NCBI GenBank assembly: GCA_024403185.1
Contig: JAKSSG010000002.1
Span: 2,724-66,723 of the forward strand
Reading direction: 5' to 3'
Source of the DNA: Clostridia bacterium
GTDB taxonomy: Bacteria; Bacillota; Clostridia; Peptostreptococcales; Anaerovoracaceae
DNA length: 64,000 nt
Shown here: piece by piece, positions 48,494 through 59,031 of the stretch
Layout: every line of letters starts with the position of its first letter
Numbering within the stretch: the stretch's first letter is position 1
Program-made: the position numbers and the translations under genes
Notes under the pieces: model-generated
Database searches by the model: none
Told to the model about the DNA's origin: nothing
Seen by the model: the letters and a program-made list of their open reading frames with translations, nothing else

Positions 48494-48733
48494 TTAGAGG
48501 ATTCCAGTCTGCTTGAAAAGTTTCTTTACTGTTTCTGAAGGCTGTGCACCTGTCTCTAACCACTTCTTTGCTGCTTCTTCATCGATCTTGATTTCAACAG
48601 GGTCCTTAAGCGGATTGTAATAACCCAGTTCTTCGATGAACTTGCCGTCTCTGGCGTTTCTTGAATCTGCAACAACTACTCTGTAGAAAGGCTTCTTGTG
48701 TGCGCCCATTCTCTTTAATCTGATTTTTACCAT
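48494..48733 (-). CDS. rpsP: 30S ribosomal protein S16
   Basis: [10 protein letters not shown]...[11 protein letters not shown]. Confidence 0.98.
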   Translation of the reverse strand: MVKIRLKRMGAHKKPFYRVVVADSRNARDGKFIEELGYYNPLKDPVEIKIDEEAAKKWLETGAQPSETVKKLFKQTGIL

Positions 48734-48796
48734 TACTTATCCTCCTATACTGTATTTATATTGTAAATGGTTTAACTTATTTATCTGCAAGGGTCT

Positions 48797-50131
48797 TTAG
48801 AAGCCCTTGAACATTCTGTTCATTTTAGCCATTCCCTTAGGGTTCATCATCTGCTTCATCATTTTTCTTGAGTCCTCATACCTCTTTATGAGCTGATTGA
48901 TCTTCTGAACCGGCTGTCCGGAACCTGCGGCTATTCTCTTTCTCCTGCTGGCATTGAGAAGTCTAGGATCTTCTCTCTCTGCCTTTGTCATGGACTGCAT
49001 GATTGCTTCAAATGCAACAAAGTCTTTTTCGGACTGTTCCATGTTCACATTCTTGTTGTTTCCCATTCCCGGCATCATATCCAGCATCTTTGCGATGCCG
49101 CCCATGTTCCTGATCTGGCCCATCTGGTCAAGGAAGTCCTCAAGAGTGAATTTGTTCTTCTTGATTCTCTCCTCCAGCTCGGCAGCCTTTTCATCATCAT
49201 AGTCGACCTGCGCTTTCTCAATCAGCGAAAGCATGTCGCCCATGCCCAGGATTCTGCTTGCCATTCTTTCAGGATGGAATTCATCAAGCTCGTCCATCTT
49301 TTCGCCCATGCCGACGAATTTGATCGGTCTGCCCGTAACCTTCTTTGCTGAAAGTGCAGCACCGCCTCTGGAGTCACCATCCATCTTTGTCATGATGATT
49401 CCGTCGATTCCAAGCGCCTCGTTGAATCCTTCAGCTGCGTTTACCGCATCCTGTCCGGTAAGTGCATCGACTACCAGAAGTATCTCATGAGGTCTGATTT
49501 CCTTCTTGAGAACCTTGAGCTCATCCATAAGCTCTTCGTCAATCTGGAGACGACCTGCCGTATCGACGATAAGTACGTTCAGTCCCTTCTTTTCAGCTTC
49601 GGCAATGGCTGCCTTTGCAATCTTTGAAGGATCCTTGCAGTCTCTCATGGTAAATACGGGAACGTCTACGCTCTGTCCTACAACCTCCAGCTGATCGATA
49701 GCTGCCGGTCTGTAGATGTCGCATGCGCACAGCATAGGCTTCTTGCCGTTTTTCACGAGCCACTTTGCCAGCTTGCCGCAGGTGGTTGTTTTACCTGTAC
49801 CCTGAAGACCGACCATGAGATACACGGTGAATCCTTTCGGTGAGTATGTCAGCTTGCTGCTTGTTCCGCCCATGAGCTCAATGAGCTCTTCGTTAACGAT
49901 CTTTATTACCTGCTGTGCAGGAGTCAGGCTCTTCATGACCTCTTCGCCGAGAGATTTCTCTTTGACATCAGCCACGAATTCCTTGACAACCTTGAAGTTT
50001 ACGTCAGCTTCAAGGAGTGCCAGCTTGACTTCGCGCATTGCCGCATTTATATCTGCTTCGGTAAGGCTTCCCTTGCCTTTGAGTCCCTTAAAGACTCCCT
50101 GCAGTTTGTCAGATAATCCTTCAAATGCCAT
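48797..50131 (-). CDS. ffh: signal recognition particle protein Ffh
   Basis: GLQGTGKTT, DTAGR, TKMDGDSRGG, M domain. Confidence 0.98.
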   Translation of the reverse strand: MAFEGLSDKLQGVFKGLKGKGSLTEADINAAMREVKLALLEADVNFKVVKEFVADVKEKSLGEEVMKSLTPAQQVIKIVNEELIELMGGTSSKLTYSPKGFTVYLMVGLQGTGKTTTCGKLAKWLVKNGKKPMLCACDIYRPAAIDQLEVVGQSVDVPVFTMRDCKDPSKIAKAAIAEAEKKGLNVLIVDTAGRLQIDEELMDELKVLKKEIRPHEILLVVDALTGQDAVNAAEGFNEALGIDGIIMTKMDGDSRGGAALSAKKVTGRPIKFVGMGEKMDELDEFHPERMASRILGMGDMLSLIEKAQVDYDDEKAAELEERIKKNKFTLEDFLDQMGQIRNMGGIAKMLDMMPGMGNNKNVNMEQSEKDFVAFEAIMQSMTKAEREDPRLLNASRRKRIAAGSGQPVQKINQLIKRYEDSRKMMKQMMNPKGMAKMNRMFKGF

Positions 50132-50134
50132 GGA

Positions 50135-50491
50135 TTATGCCTCCAGTTTATCTATTATCTTCCTGATATTATCAAGATCTGCTGCGAAACCGGTATCGCC
50201 TGCCTTCTCGGTCATCTGCTCAATCCTGCTGTCAATCTCACTTATGGCATCACTGGTTCTGTTGAATCTCTCAACCAGCCCCAGTTTCTCCTCATAGTGC
50301 TCCAGGGATTTCTCAGCCTTGTGCAGGGCATCATGCACCCCCTGCCTGCTGATTCCGAACTCTTCGGCAATCTCCGCAAGGCTCAGATTTTCCTCGTGAT
50401 ACAACTCCATGACTTCCTTCTGCCGCTCGGTCAGAAGCGCGCCGTAGAAATCATAAAGCAGACTTTGTCTTGTAATATCATCAATCTTCAT
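50135..50491 (-). CDS. ylxM: YlxM family protein
   Basis: LYDFYGALLTERQ...SLAEIAE...ISRQGVHD; upstream of ffh. Confidence 0.93.
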   Translation of the reverse strand: MKIDDITRQSLLYDFYGALLTERQKEVMELYHEENLSLAEIAEEFGISRQGVHDALHKAEKSLEHYEEKLGLVERFNRTSDAISEIDSRIEQMTEKAGDTGFAADLDNIRKIIDKLEA

Positions 50492-50639
50492 ATCATATTC
50501 CTGACAAGTGTCCCTGCTTGACACCTTGAACAGTATAACCTTCCGGCACACGTCTGTCAAGCTTTTATGCTTAACATGTAAATAAATCTTTACTTTTCAT
50601 TTATTATTGTCTATCATCTACTTACACGGAGGACAGATT

Positions 50640-50723
50640 ATGGATATTATGACTATCGCAATTGCTGCCATCCTGATTATCGGCATGGTTGCAGTGTACA
50701 TTCACGAAAAGAAGAACAAATAG
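50640..50723 (+). CDS. 27-aa single-TM peptide
   Basis: GGAGG RBS; MDIMTIAIAAILIIGMVAVYIHEKKNK; followed by a terminator. Confidence 0.65.
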   Translation: MDIMTIAIAAILIIGMVAVYIHEKKNK

Positions 50724-50756
50724 AAAAACTGACAGATTATCTGTCAGTCTTTTTAT
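50724..50756. terminator. bidirectional terminator
   Basis: ACTGACAGA/TCTGTCAGT stem flanked by A and T runs. Confidence 0.7.
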
Positions 50757-51817
50757 TTTTTGAACCTTTTATAGATCACGCATCCTGCAAAGACAAGACC
50801 GACGTAGCCGAGTATCGTATAGATGATGCCGACCAGGCCGGAAAACGGCAGCAGACCCAGCAGGAATGCCGCCACACAGACACAGGCTGCGAATATGTAG
50901 CTTTTTTTAGTGCCCTGTTTAACAAATCTCTCGCTTACAGTCCACAGCATTGCGCTGCAGGACGAAAAAATTCCCATTATCAGAATGATGCTGAACACAG
51001 CTCCCAGCGGATATGCTATCAGTCGCGCCAGATAAAGGGTCGGAACATCAAGGACCCCACACTTCTCTATGTTGGTCAGCATGGCTGTGTTCATCAGAAA
51101 AATCGAAGCCATTAAAGCGACTGTGCCGACAATGCCTCCCAGCATTGCCTCCCTGCCGCTGGTTCCCGTCATTCCCAGTGCCGAATAGTATTTTGATCCG
51201 CCGTTGAGATTGTACGAAAGATACAGGAGTCCCGAAAGCCACCAGAAAGGCACGGGCTGCTTTGCCTCCATTATTTCCGAATACTGATTGACGGTATTCA
51301 GTCCGCCTGAATCCCTGATTATGGTGACAATTCCGACAAGCAGACAGAATGCTATTATTGTCGGTCCAATGAAAGATACAACTCTTACAAATCTCTGAAA
51401 TCCGACAATGTATGCCGCCAGTGCCAGTGCCGCCATTACAAGCGCACCAACGTAATGATTCAGTCCGTAGTATTCTTCAAGAGTAGCCCCCGAACCGGAA
51501 ATCAGAATGACCATGCCGGCAAAGAGTGCAAGCGGCAAAAAGTTGGAATAGAACCATCCGAGCTTTTTACCGCAGAAAAAGACAAAGTGATTGTATTCCG
51601 GATCATCTCTGTGCTCCTGCCCTGCCTGAAGAATTACAGGCCCAATCAGAAGAAATCCTGCCAGATTGATTACCAGCAGGATGAAGCTATAATACCCGTA
51701 GCTGGTGAAGAACTGGAGTATCTCCTGCCCTGTGGCAAATCCCGAGCCCATGACCCAGGCCACATATGCACCGGCTATCTTTATTACGTTTTTTGCGTTA
51801 ACTCCGTTTTCTGTCAT
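50753..51817 (-). CDS. YkvI family membrane protein
   Basis: GSGFATGQEILQFF motif and about 10 TM helices. Confidence 0.8.
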   Translation of the reverse strand: MTENGVNAKNVIKIAGAYVAWVMGSGFATGQEILQFFTSYGYYSFILLVINLAGFLLIGPVILQAGQEHRDDPEYNHFVFFCGKKLGWFYSNFLPLALFAGMVILISGSGATLEEYYGLNHYVGALVMAALALAAYIVGFQRFVRVVSFIGPTIIAFCLLVGIVTIIRDSGGLNTVNQYSEIMEAKQPVPFWWLSGLLYLSYNLNGGSKYYSALGMTGTSGREAMLGGIVGTVALMASIFLMNTAMLTNIEKCGVLDVPTLYLARLIAYPLGAVFSIILIMGIFSSCSAMLWTVSERFVKQGTKKSYIFAACVCVAAFLLGLLPFSGLVGIIYTILGYVGLVFAGCVIYKRFKK

Positions 51818-52777
51818 TTACTGCTTTTGCACATCCTCCTTCTCCTTTGCAGGAAGATTTGCAACAACGATTGCAGCAAACATGATTACGCATCCGATGA
51901 TTTCTCTCAGGCTCATCATTTCTCTGAGGATAATCATTCCCGCAATCAGTGCAAAAACAGACTCCAGACACAGAATCATCGAAGCGATTGTAGGGTCCGT
52001 ATCCTTCTGCGCAACAATCTGAAGAGTGTATGCCACTCCACATGAGAGCACGCCGGAGTACAGGATCGGCAGCCATGAACCCACCATTGTTGAAACAGTA
52101 GGGATGTCAAATCCCAGTGCCGGATCCACAATCGGTGTCAAAATCAGAGAGAGCCCTCCTGCAACGAAAAACTGAATGCAGGACAGCTTGACGCCGTCAA
52201 CCTTCGGTGAAAAGTAATCTATAATCAGAATATGTATTGCAAAGCAGATTGCACAGAGGAAGATGATCACATCACCGATGTTAATGCTTCCGAATCCTGT
52301 GGACGGGATGCAGAGAAGGTACAGGCCTACTGCAGCGGCTGCCACGCAGCACCACATGATCGGCGTTACCTTTTTCCTTACAAACAGTCCGAGAAGCGGA
52401 ACTATTACAACATAGAGGGCCGTAATGAATCCCGAGTGAGCAACTGATGTGTAGAAAATTCCAACCTGCTGAACATTGCCCGCCATGAACAGTGCAAGCC
52501 CGCAGCATATTCCTCCGATAATCAGTGTTTTGTTGCCGGCTTTTTTCTCTTCACCTGTAGGCTCAACATATGTTTCGTTTGCAATGGCTCTGTTCTTTTT
52601 CAGCCCGTCAATAATGAGGATTACCGGAATGAGAACCAGCGCTCCTATTACTGTTCTGGTGCCGTTGAATGCCAGAGGGCCAATCAGGTCCATTCCTTCC
52701 TTCTGGGCGACAAATGAGGTTCCCCATATTATCGCTGTAAGCATGAGAAGCGCGTCGCCCCTTAACTGTTTTAACAT
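51818..52777 (-). CDS. DMT/EamA family transporter
   Basis: IWGTSFVAQ, GFITALYVV, AYTLQIVAQK, LESVFA. Confidence 0.92.
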   Translation of the reverse strand: MLKQLRGDALLMLTAIIWGTSFVAQKEGMDLIGPLAFNGTRTVIGALVLIPVILIIDGLKKNRAIANETYVEPTGEEKKAGNKTLIIGGICCGLALFMAGNVQQVGIFYTSVAHSGFITALYVVIVPLLGLFVRKKVTPIMWCCVAAAAVGLYLLCIPSTGFGSINIGDVIIFLCAICFAIHILIIDYFSPKVDGVKLSCIQFFVAGGLSLILTPIVDPALGFDIPTVSTMVGSWLPILYSGVLSCGVAYTLQIVAQKDTDPTIASMILCLESVFALIAGMIILREMMSLREIIGCVIMFAAIVVANLPAKEKEDVQKQ

Positions 52778-52851
52778 TAATTTTCTCCTTATCTATCTTC
52801 TCGTTTCCCTTTAACTACATCATTTTACATTGCCGACGTGAAATAAACAAG

Positions 52852-52882
52852 AAAAAAGCCCGCCCTGTCAGGTGGGCTTTTC
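52852..52882 (-). terminator. terminator after tmRNA
   Basis: AAAAGCCC/GGGCTTTT stem with T run. Confidence 0.7.
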
Positions 52883-52888
52883 ATGTCA

Positions 52889-53243
52889 TGGTGGAGATGA
52901 TGGGAATTGAACCCATGTCCGAAAGCATTTTCACCGGAATTTCTCCGAGCGCAGCTTATGATTTAGTGTTTCGCGTCACCGACCGCCCATAGGCAGGCTG
53001 AAGCTTCGGCTATCCTGTTGTTCCCTTACGCTACCAGGAGCTCACGCAAGGTTTCCTGCATGTTTGACGTTCTGATCCGGGCCTGCAGGTGAACCCGGGA
53101 GAACGCGCGGGGCAGAACTATGCTGCCAGTGCGAAATTATTGTTAGTTTTAGCGTTTATCTTTAACGTGCCCTTTTTACGAAGACTGGCAACTTCGGCTC
53201 GCTTATCCGGTTTCCACACCCCCGTCGAAACCTGTGCATCCCC
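52889..53243 (-). ncRNA. ssrA: tmRNA
   Basis: 5' GGGGATGCACAGGTTTCGAC and 3' GTTCAATTCCC...CTCCACCA; tag reading frame 53153-53118 encodes AKTNNNFALAA*; smpB nearby. Confidence 0.96.
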
Positions 53244-53283
53244 ATGTATCATAAAATGTGAAATGCTGTCACGCAGTCACAGT

Positions 53284-53616
53284 TTACAGCCTGTTACTTT
53301 CTTCGGCTCTCTTGGCAGCCTTTTCTTCGTAGTCTGCCTTGACCTGCTTTATCTTTTTATCGTATCCGTCAATTTCATCCCTCAGGTCCTGCATCTTCTG
53401 GCAGAATTCCTTAAGATTCTCGTCTTCAAGTTCGCCTTCCTGGAATTTCTTGAATACGTAGTCCGCAAGCTTTCTCTTTGTTGAGGTATACTCCGTCTTC
53501 TTTTCGCTCTGCTCACCCTTGAGCATGTTGATATCGCGCATTTCCTCGGCTTTGCTCGTTGCGTTTGATGCTACACCTGATGCTGCTTTTCCAAGTCTGT
53601 TTAATAAATCCTGCAT
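53284..53616 (-). CDS. hypothetical coiled-coil protein
   Basis: GGAGG RBS; charged helical 110-aa ORF between smpB and ssrA. Confidence 0.7.
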   Translation of the reverse strand: MQDLLNRLGKAASGVASNATSKAEEMRDINMLKGEQSEKKTEYTSTKRKLADYVFKKFQEGELEDENLKEFCQKMQDLRDEIDGYDKKIKQVKADYEEKAAKRAEESNRL

Positions 53617-53634
53617 TATGTCCTCCTGTATTAT

Positions 53635-54078
53635 CTATCGGCGTTTAGCCTGCTGCATTCTTCTGTCGGCATCACGCTTTGCGATGTCATGGCGTTTGTC
53701 ATAGTTTTTCTTGCCTCTGGCGACGGCCAGTTCTACCTTGGCTTTCCCCCTGTCATTAATGTACATTTTGAGAGGTACCAGAGTCAAGCCCTCCTGTGTA
53801 GTATATCCTGTCAGTTTCCTGATTTCACGCTTATGAAGCAAAAGTTTTCTCGGCCTTACGGGGTCAACATTGAACCGGTTGCCCTGTTCGTAGGAGCTTA
53901 TGTTCATGCCGTGGAGAATCACTTCCTCCCGTTCCACTTTGGCATAGCTCTCCTTGATGCTGACCTTGCCCATTCGAACGGACTTTATTTCCGTACCAGT
54001 AAGTGCAATCCCCGCCTCATATGTTTCCTCTATGAAAAAATCATGTCTGGCTTTTTTGTTGTTTGCTACAAGTTTCAT
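53635..54078 (-). CDS. smpB: SsrA-binding protein
   Basis: [39 protein letters not shown]. Confidence 0.98.
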   Translation of the reverse strand: MKLVANNKKARHDFFIEETYEAGIALTGTEIKSVRMGKVSIKESYAKVEREEVILHGMNISSYEQGNRFNVDPVRPRKLLLHKREIRKLTGYTTQEGLTLVPLKMYINDRGKAKVELAVARGKKNYDKRHDIAKRDADRRMQQAKRR

Positions 54079-54092
54079 TCTCTATCCTGTCC

Positions 54093-54674
54093 CTAAAGTA
54101 ATGTAATCTCGTTAAACGGGAAGAGCCTTACAAAGGCCTTTCCCACCACATCGTCTTCATCTACCATGCCTACATCGGGATCTCTGCTGTCTCTGCTTAC
54201 TGATCGGTGGTCTCCCATCGCAAAAACTTCGTCCTCTCCAACTGTATAAGACTCGCCGTTCGGGTAGCTTCTGAATTCGGGTTCCTCGTTCATTATATAG
54301 CTTTCTTTAAGAAGTTTTCCGTTCCTGTAAACCTTGTCGTCCTCAAAGGATATCACATCGCCTTCAACGCCGATTACCCTTTTTATCAGCAGCATCTTCT
54401 TTCCCGTATCAGGGTTGATAAGATTGCTTTTGAAAACAACAATGTCGCCTCTCTGCGGATGATCCTTTGCCATGTAAGCCATCTTGTTGACTATCAGGTA
54501 ATTGTTTTCGTAGAGCGTATCCTCCATGGATGTCTCCTTGACTATTGTCGGTTTAATGACAAAGCTTATTGCAATCACGATAACCAGCGCAATGATTATA
54601 TCCTTAATCAGATCTTTCAAAAAGCTGTTTTTCCCGGCTTTATTATCTGTTGTCATTTTTTCAAAGTCATTCAA
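54093..54674 (-). CDS. lepB: signal peptidase I
   Basis: SMEDTL, IKRVIG, GDHRSVSRDSR. Confidence 0.93.
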   Translation of the reverse strand: MNDFEKMTTDNKAGKNSFLKDLIKDIIIALVIVIAISFVIKPTIVKETSMEDTLYENNYLIVNKMAYMAKDHPQRGDIVVFKSNLINPDTGKKMLLIKRVIGVEGDVISFEDDKVYRNGKLLKESYIMNEEPEFRSYPNGESYTVGEDEVFAMGDHRSVSRDSRDPDVGMVDEDDVVGKAFVRLFPFNEITLL

Positions 54675-55652
54675 TTATTTCAGTTCCTTCCATACTCTTT
54701 CAAACTCACCGGGCATTTCCGCTATGACTTCAAGTCCATCAAGTCCGGCAAGGGCTTCATATTTTTCTTTTATCTCTCCAAATTTTAACCTGTAGGCGTG
54801 AAGAATCTGTGTAGTTACTCCAAGCTTTCTGACTCTGTCGTTTGCCCTGCGCCCCTTTGCCGATGTGCCGTACTTGGAATCTCCTGCAAGTGGGTATCCC
54901 TTTGCCGCAAGGTGCGCCCTGATCTGGTGTGTTCTTCCCGTTACCAGTTCAACCTCGACAACGGAGAATTTTCCGTCAGCACTTCTTTCAAGAGGTCTGA
55001 CTATTGATTTTGCATTCTGCCCGTCAGATGAAATTCTAACCGTGTTGGTTTTCTCGTTTTTTTCCAGGGCTTCCTCTATTGTCATCTCTGTGCGGAAGTC
55101 TCCGGAAACGATGGTCACGTAATACTTTGAAACGGCTTCCCTGTTTCGTATGAGTGCCGTAAGCTGTCTGAGGCTTTCAGCGGTTTTACCGAAGATTACC
55201 AGCCCCGTCGTATTGCGGTCAAGCCTGTTGACCGGTGATGGTGTGAAGGTTTTCTCCGCAGACGGGTCAAATTCGCCTTTGTCCTGAAGATATCCGCAGA
55301 CCTGATTCATGAGAGTGTTCTTCTTTTCTCTGGAATCTCCATGTGTAAGAAGTCCCCATGGTTTTTCTACGATGAGAACCTGTTCGTCCTCGTAGGCAAC
55401 CCTGAACTGCTTCTTCGCCCTGTGCGCTTTCACCGGACCGGTCAGCTCCTCAAACCTTTCATCGGACATGAAGAATGACAGCTCGTCTCCCTCCTTAAGG
55501 ATAGTATCTTCTTTGGCTCTCTTGCCGTTAAGCTTCAGGTCCTTCCGTATGATCTTGTATATGGCGCTGAGCGGAGCCTTTCTCAGATATTTTTTCAGAA
55601 ATCTGTCCAGCCTCTGACCTGCGTCATTTGCTTTTATCTCAACTTTTTTCAT
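54675..55652 (-). CDS. RluA family pseudouridine synthase (RluC-like)
   Basis: GQRLDRFL, NRLDRNTTG, TGRTHQIRAH. Confidence 0.92.
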   Translation of the reverse strand: MKKVEIKANDAGQRLDRFLKKYLRKAPLSAIYKIIRKDLKLNGKRAKEDTILKEGDELSFFMSDERFEELTGPVKAHRAKKQFRVAYEDEQVLIVEKPWGLLTHGDSREKKNTLMNQVCGYLQDKGEFDPSAEKTFTPSPVNRLDRNTTGLVIFGKTAESLRQLTALIRNREAVSKYYVTIVSGDFRTEMTIEEALEKNEKTNTVRISSDGQNAKSIVRPLERSADGKFSVVEVELVTGRTHQIRAHLAAKGYPLAGDSKYGTSAKGRRANDRVRKLGVTTQILHAYRLKFGEIKEKYEALAGLDGLEVIAEMPGEFERVWKELK

Positions 55653-55811
55653 GGGTCTGTTCCATTCACACTAATCAAGACATTATACACTAGAAACACG
55701 CTAAAAAACAAGACCATTGAAGAACAATATTTATGGGTGATTTACTCAAAACCATTGAGCAGAACCACAAAATGTGGTATTGTAATGATGTATATGAAGG
55801 GAGCATATTGC

Positions 55812-56060
55812 ATGAATCGACTTAAAGACTTTTTTTACAATAAAAATGATATTATTATCGTTCTTATCATACTGGTTGTCGCCGGATTGCTTATCTACAA
55901 CAGAATAGGCGCCATAATGGGGTACCCTGCTCAGCTTGCCGAGGAAATCGCAAAGACACAGACCACACAGACTGTTGAAACGACCAAGGCTACTACTGAA
56001 GCAGCAACCAAGGCTACTACAGACAAACAGAAATCCGAAGAGGAATCAGACGAGGAATAA
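55812..56060 (+). CDS. small membrane protein with Thr-rich tail
   Basis: AAGGGAG RBS; one TM helix then TTKATT repeats and an acidic end. Confidence 0.7.
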   Translation: MNRLKDFFYNKNDIIIVLIILVVAGLLIYNRIGAIMGYPAQLAEEIAKTQTTQTVETTKATTEAATKATTDKQKSEEESDEE

Positions 56061-56075
56061 CAAAGGAGGCAGAAC

Positions 56076-57005
56076 ATGGCATTGGTAACATCAAAAGAAA
56101 TGTTTGCAAAGGCACTCAACAGCGACTATGCAGTTGGCGCATTCAACGTAAACAACATGGAAATAATCCAGGGAATTGTTGAAGCTGCCCAGCAGGAAAA
56201 CGCACCTCTCATTCTGCAGGTTTCAGCTGGAGCAAGAAAATATGCCAAGCCGGCTTATCTTACCAAGCTGGTTGAAGCAGCAATACTCGATACGGGAGTT
56301 GACATCTGTCTGCACCTGGATCACGGTGAGGATTTTGACATCTGCAAAAAATGCGTAGATGACGGTTTCACCTCAGTAATGATCGACGGTTCAAAGCATC
56401 CTTTCGAAGAAAACATAAAAATCACAAAGGAAGTTGTTGAATATGCTCATGCTCACGGCGTAGTAGTTGAAGCAGAACTGGGAAAACTGGCCGGCATTGA
56501 AGATGCCGTTAACGTTTCCGACAGAGATGCAACATTCACGGTTCCTGAAGAAGCTGCGGAATTTGTTCAGAAGACGGGCGTCGATTCACTGGCGGTTGCA
56601 ATCGGAACCAGCCACGGTGCCTACAAGTTCAAGGGTGAACCTAAGCTCGACTTTGACAGACTGATTGAAATCCGCAAGCTGATTCCTGAAACACCTCTCG
56701 TTCTTCACGGTGCATCGACTGTTCTTCCTGAATTCGTCGCTCTCTGCAACCAGTACGGCGGTGACATTCCGGGCGCTCAGGGCGTGCCTGAAGAAATGAT
56801 CAGAGAAGCAGCAAAGCACGGCGTATGCAAAGTCAATATCGATACCGATCTGAGACTTGCAATGACTGCAGAAGTCAGAAAGTATCTGGTTGAACATCCT
56901 GCTGATTTCGACCCGAGAAAGTATCTTGGACCTGCACGCGATGCGATCCGTGACATGGTTGCTCACAAGATGAGAGACGTGCTCGGCTCTTCCAACAAGA
57001 GATAA
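56076..57005 (+). CDS. fba: fructose-1,6-bisphosphate aldolase, class II
   Basis: HLDHG, VEAELG, AIGTSHGAYK, LVLHGAS, KVNIDTD. Confidence 0.97.
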   Translation: MALVTSKEMFAKALNSDYAVGAFNVNNMEIIQGIVEAAQQENAPLILQVSAGARKYAKPAYLTKLVEAAILDTGVDICLHLDHGEDFDICKKCVDDGFTSVMIDGSKHPFEENIKITKEVVEYAHAHGVVVEAELGKLAGIEDAVNVSDRDATFTVPEEAAEFVQKTGVDSLAVAIGTSHGAYKFKGEPKLDFDRLIEIRKLIPETPLVLHGASTVLPEFVALCNQYGGDIPGAQGVPEEMIREAAKHGVCKVNIDTDLRLAMTAEVRKYLVEHPADFDPRKYLGPARDAIRDMVAHKMRDVLGSSNKR

Positions 57006-57010
57006 ATGTT

Positions 57011-57053
57011 AAAACAGAACGGACAGAAGATTTCTCTTCTGTCCGTTTTTTAT
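57011..57053. terminator. bidirectional terminator
   Basis: AACGGACAGAAG/CTTCTGTCCGTT stem between convergent genes. Confidence 0.75.
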
Positions 57054-57080
57054 TGTTTACGGTTTTTCATCAGCGAAGAA

Positions 57081-58922
57081 TCAGGAATGCTCTTTCTTCT
57101 TCTTTTTCTCCGCTTCCTCAGCGTCATAGATTACCAGTTCAGCCTCCAGTTCTTCATTGAACTTCTCACTTATATAATCACATGACATTCTGAATGCAAC
57201 CCTGCATTCTTCCACTGAAGGTTCAAGCTTCTTTGACAGTGCGTAGAACACAATGCTTCCCAGTGAAGTAACAACCGTCAGTATCCAGAGCACAACTCTG
57301 ATGGTGCCGACGATTGCAGCATATCTCGCTTCTTCACCGGCCTCATCTGCCGCCTCAAGAATTCCGTCGAAATAATCTCCTGAACCCCAGCACTCAGCTC
57401 CGAACCAGTCTTCATACCACGGTTCAAATACGAGAGCAATTATGCACATGATACCGCATATCATGAGAAGGAATGCAATCCTTCTTGTATCGCCCACAGC
57501 GAGGCCTGTCTTCTCATTCTTAAGGAAAACATCCGGATTTGTCTTTGTAAGACCGCCGTACTTTCTTCTCCAAAGGAAGTACAGGAACGGTCCGGACAGA
57601 ATGCCTATCATGCCGAATGTGAAATAGTCGGATCCGTTAATGAAGTATGCGAATACCGCTATGCACATTGGAACAATGGTCAGCACTTTGAGGAATCCGC
57701 TTCCGCCCGGAATTCTCCATCTGTAGTCTTCCTTAGGTATTCTCTTTCTGAGTATGTTGCATGAGATGTAAACCATTATGTAGGATGCCAGCAGCAGTGA
57801 CATATCCAGTACGATAATGAATCCAAACGGTAACATGCAGCAGATCAGATTGAAAATGCCAACTGACAAAACAGAAATGTACGGTACTCCTCGCTTTGAC
57901 AGCTTGACCATTACCTTAGGTGTAAGGTTGTCACCGGCCAGAGTAAAGAATCCTCTGGAACCCGAAGCAATATAGGTGTTGTATATTGAGCACTGACACA
58001 TGATTGCAATGACAATGAATACTACACCCCAGCCTGTTCCCCAGAAGTGAGATGTAACAGTTGCATATCCTACACAGTCTGCTCCTGTTCCCCAGTCTTC
58101 CCACTGTCCTATTGAGCCGAGACCTGCCGTTGTTGGCAGAATGTATGTTGCCATGATGATAGGAATGGTGATAAGTGTTCCTTTAGGAATTACCTGAGGG
58201 TTTGCAACCTCGCCCGCTATGGTGGACATGGATTCATATCCCGAATAAATCCACATTCCGATTGAGATTCCTCCTGCTATGTAGAAGAACCAGTCTGTTA
58301 CGCCAAGTCCCTCTGTTGGTTCAGGCAGCATCTGGAATGAGATTGTCTTTGCGGTTTCCGCGTCTCCGCCCCAGTTGACAAATCCGCAGATGATAACCAG
58401 TGCCATCGATATCATTACCAGGATTGACATTATGGTTGATGCCGTACCAACTTCTTCAACGCCTCTGATATTGATAATTATAAATATGGAAATCATGATG
58501 AATTTAAGCAGGAATTCACCTGCAAATCCCATGTCCCACTGCATTGCGGCATATCCGCCTGCCAGAATTACATAAGATGTATTATCGATGTAAATTGAAA
58601 TGGTTCTCCACCATCCGGCCTGGAAGCTCCAGAACTCACCAAGTGCTTCCTGTACCCATTTGTAATATCCCCCTTCCTGAGGTCTTACCGACCCCAGTTC
58701 GGAAGCTACCATTCCAAAGGGCAAGCCCCACAGAAACGGAAGAACAAACAGCATTATCAGGCACAGCCCCGGTCCGCATGAAGGAATCATCTCTTCAATT
58801 CCATAACATCCTGCTGAAACCAGACAGAATATCATGAATACTACTGTCGATACCTTAATGTTAGCCTTCGCCAGTTTTGGCTCCTCTGCAACAGCAGCGC
58901 CGCCGGCAATATTCTGCTCCAT
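57081..58922 (-). CDS. APC family amino acid/polyamine permease
   Basis: GCYGIEE, ELGS..PQEGGYYKWV, YSGYE; about 14 TM segments. Confidence 0.88.
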   Translation of the reverse strand: MEQNIAGGAAVAEEPKLAKANIKVSTVVFMIFCLVSAGCYGIEEMIPSCGPGLCLIMLFVLPFLWGLPFGMVASELGSVRPQEGGYYKWVQEALGEFWSFQAGWWRTISIYIDNTSYVILAGGYAAMQWDMGFAGEFLLKFIMISIFIIINIRGVEEVGTASTIMSILVMISMALVIICGFVNWGGDAETAKTISFQMLPEPTEGLGVTDWFFYIAGGISIGMWIYSGYESMSTIAGEVANPQVIPKGTLITIPIIMATYILPTTAGLGSIGQWEDWGTGADCVGYATVTSHFWGTGWGVVFIVIAIMCQCSIYNTYIASGSRGFFTLAGDNLTPKVMVKLSKRGVPYISVLSVGIFNLICCMLPFGFIIVLDMSLLLASYIMVYISCNILRKRIPKEDYRWRIPGGSGFLKVLTIVPMCIAVFAYFINGSDYFTFGMIGILSGPFLYFLWRRKYGGLTKTNPDVFLKNEKTGLAVGDTRRIAFLLMICGIMCIIALVFEPWYEDWFGAECWGSGDYFDGILEAADEAGEEARYAAIVGTIRVVLWILTVVTSLGSIVFYALSKKLEPSVEECRVAFRMSCDYISEKFNEELEAELVIYDAEEAEKKKKKEHS

Positions 58923-59031
58923 GTCTCACTCTCCTCTCTTCAAAAAATAAAAAAATGAAAAATGATAATTACACTAATTTATAGACAAACAAGGACGAAC
59001 TCAAATGAGCCCGTCCTTGCTGAGTTGCCTT

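Noticed and set aside
50753-52889. Element integrated at the tmRNA 3' end
   Set aside because: tmRNA is followed directly by its terminator and two transporter genes; no att duplication or integrase seen
53089-53484. 131-aa plus-strand ORF
   Set aside because: Overlaps tmRNA and a better-supported minus-strand gene
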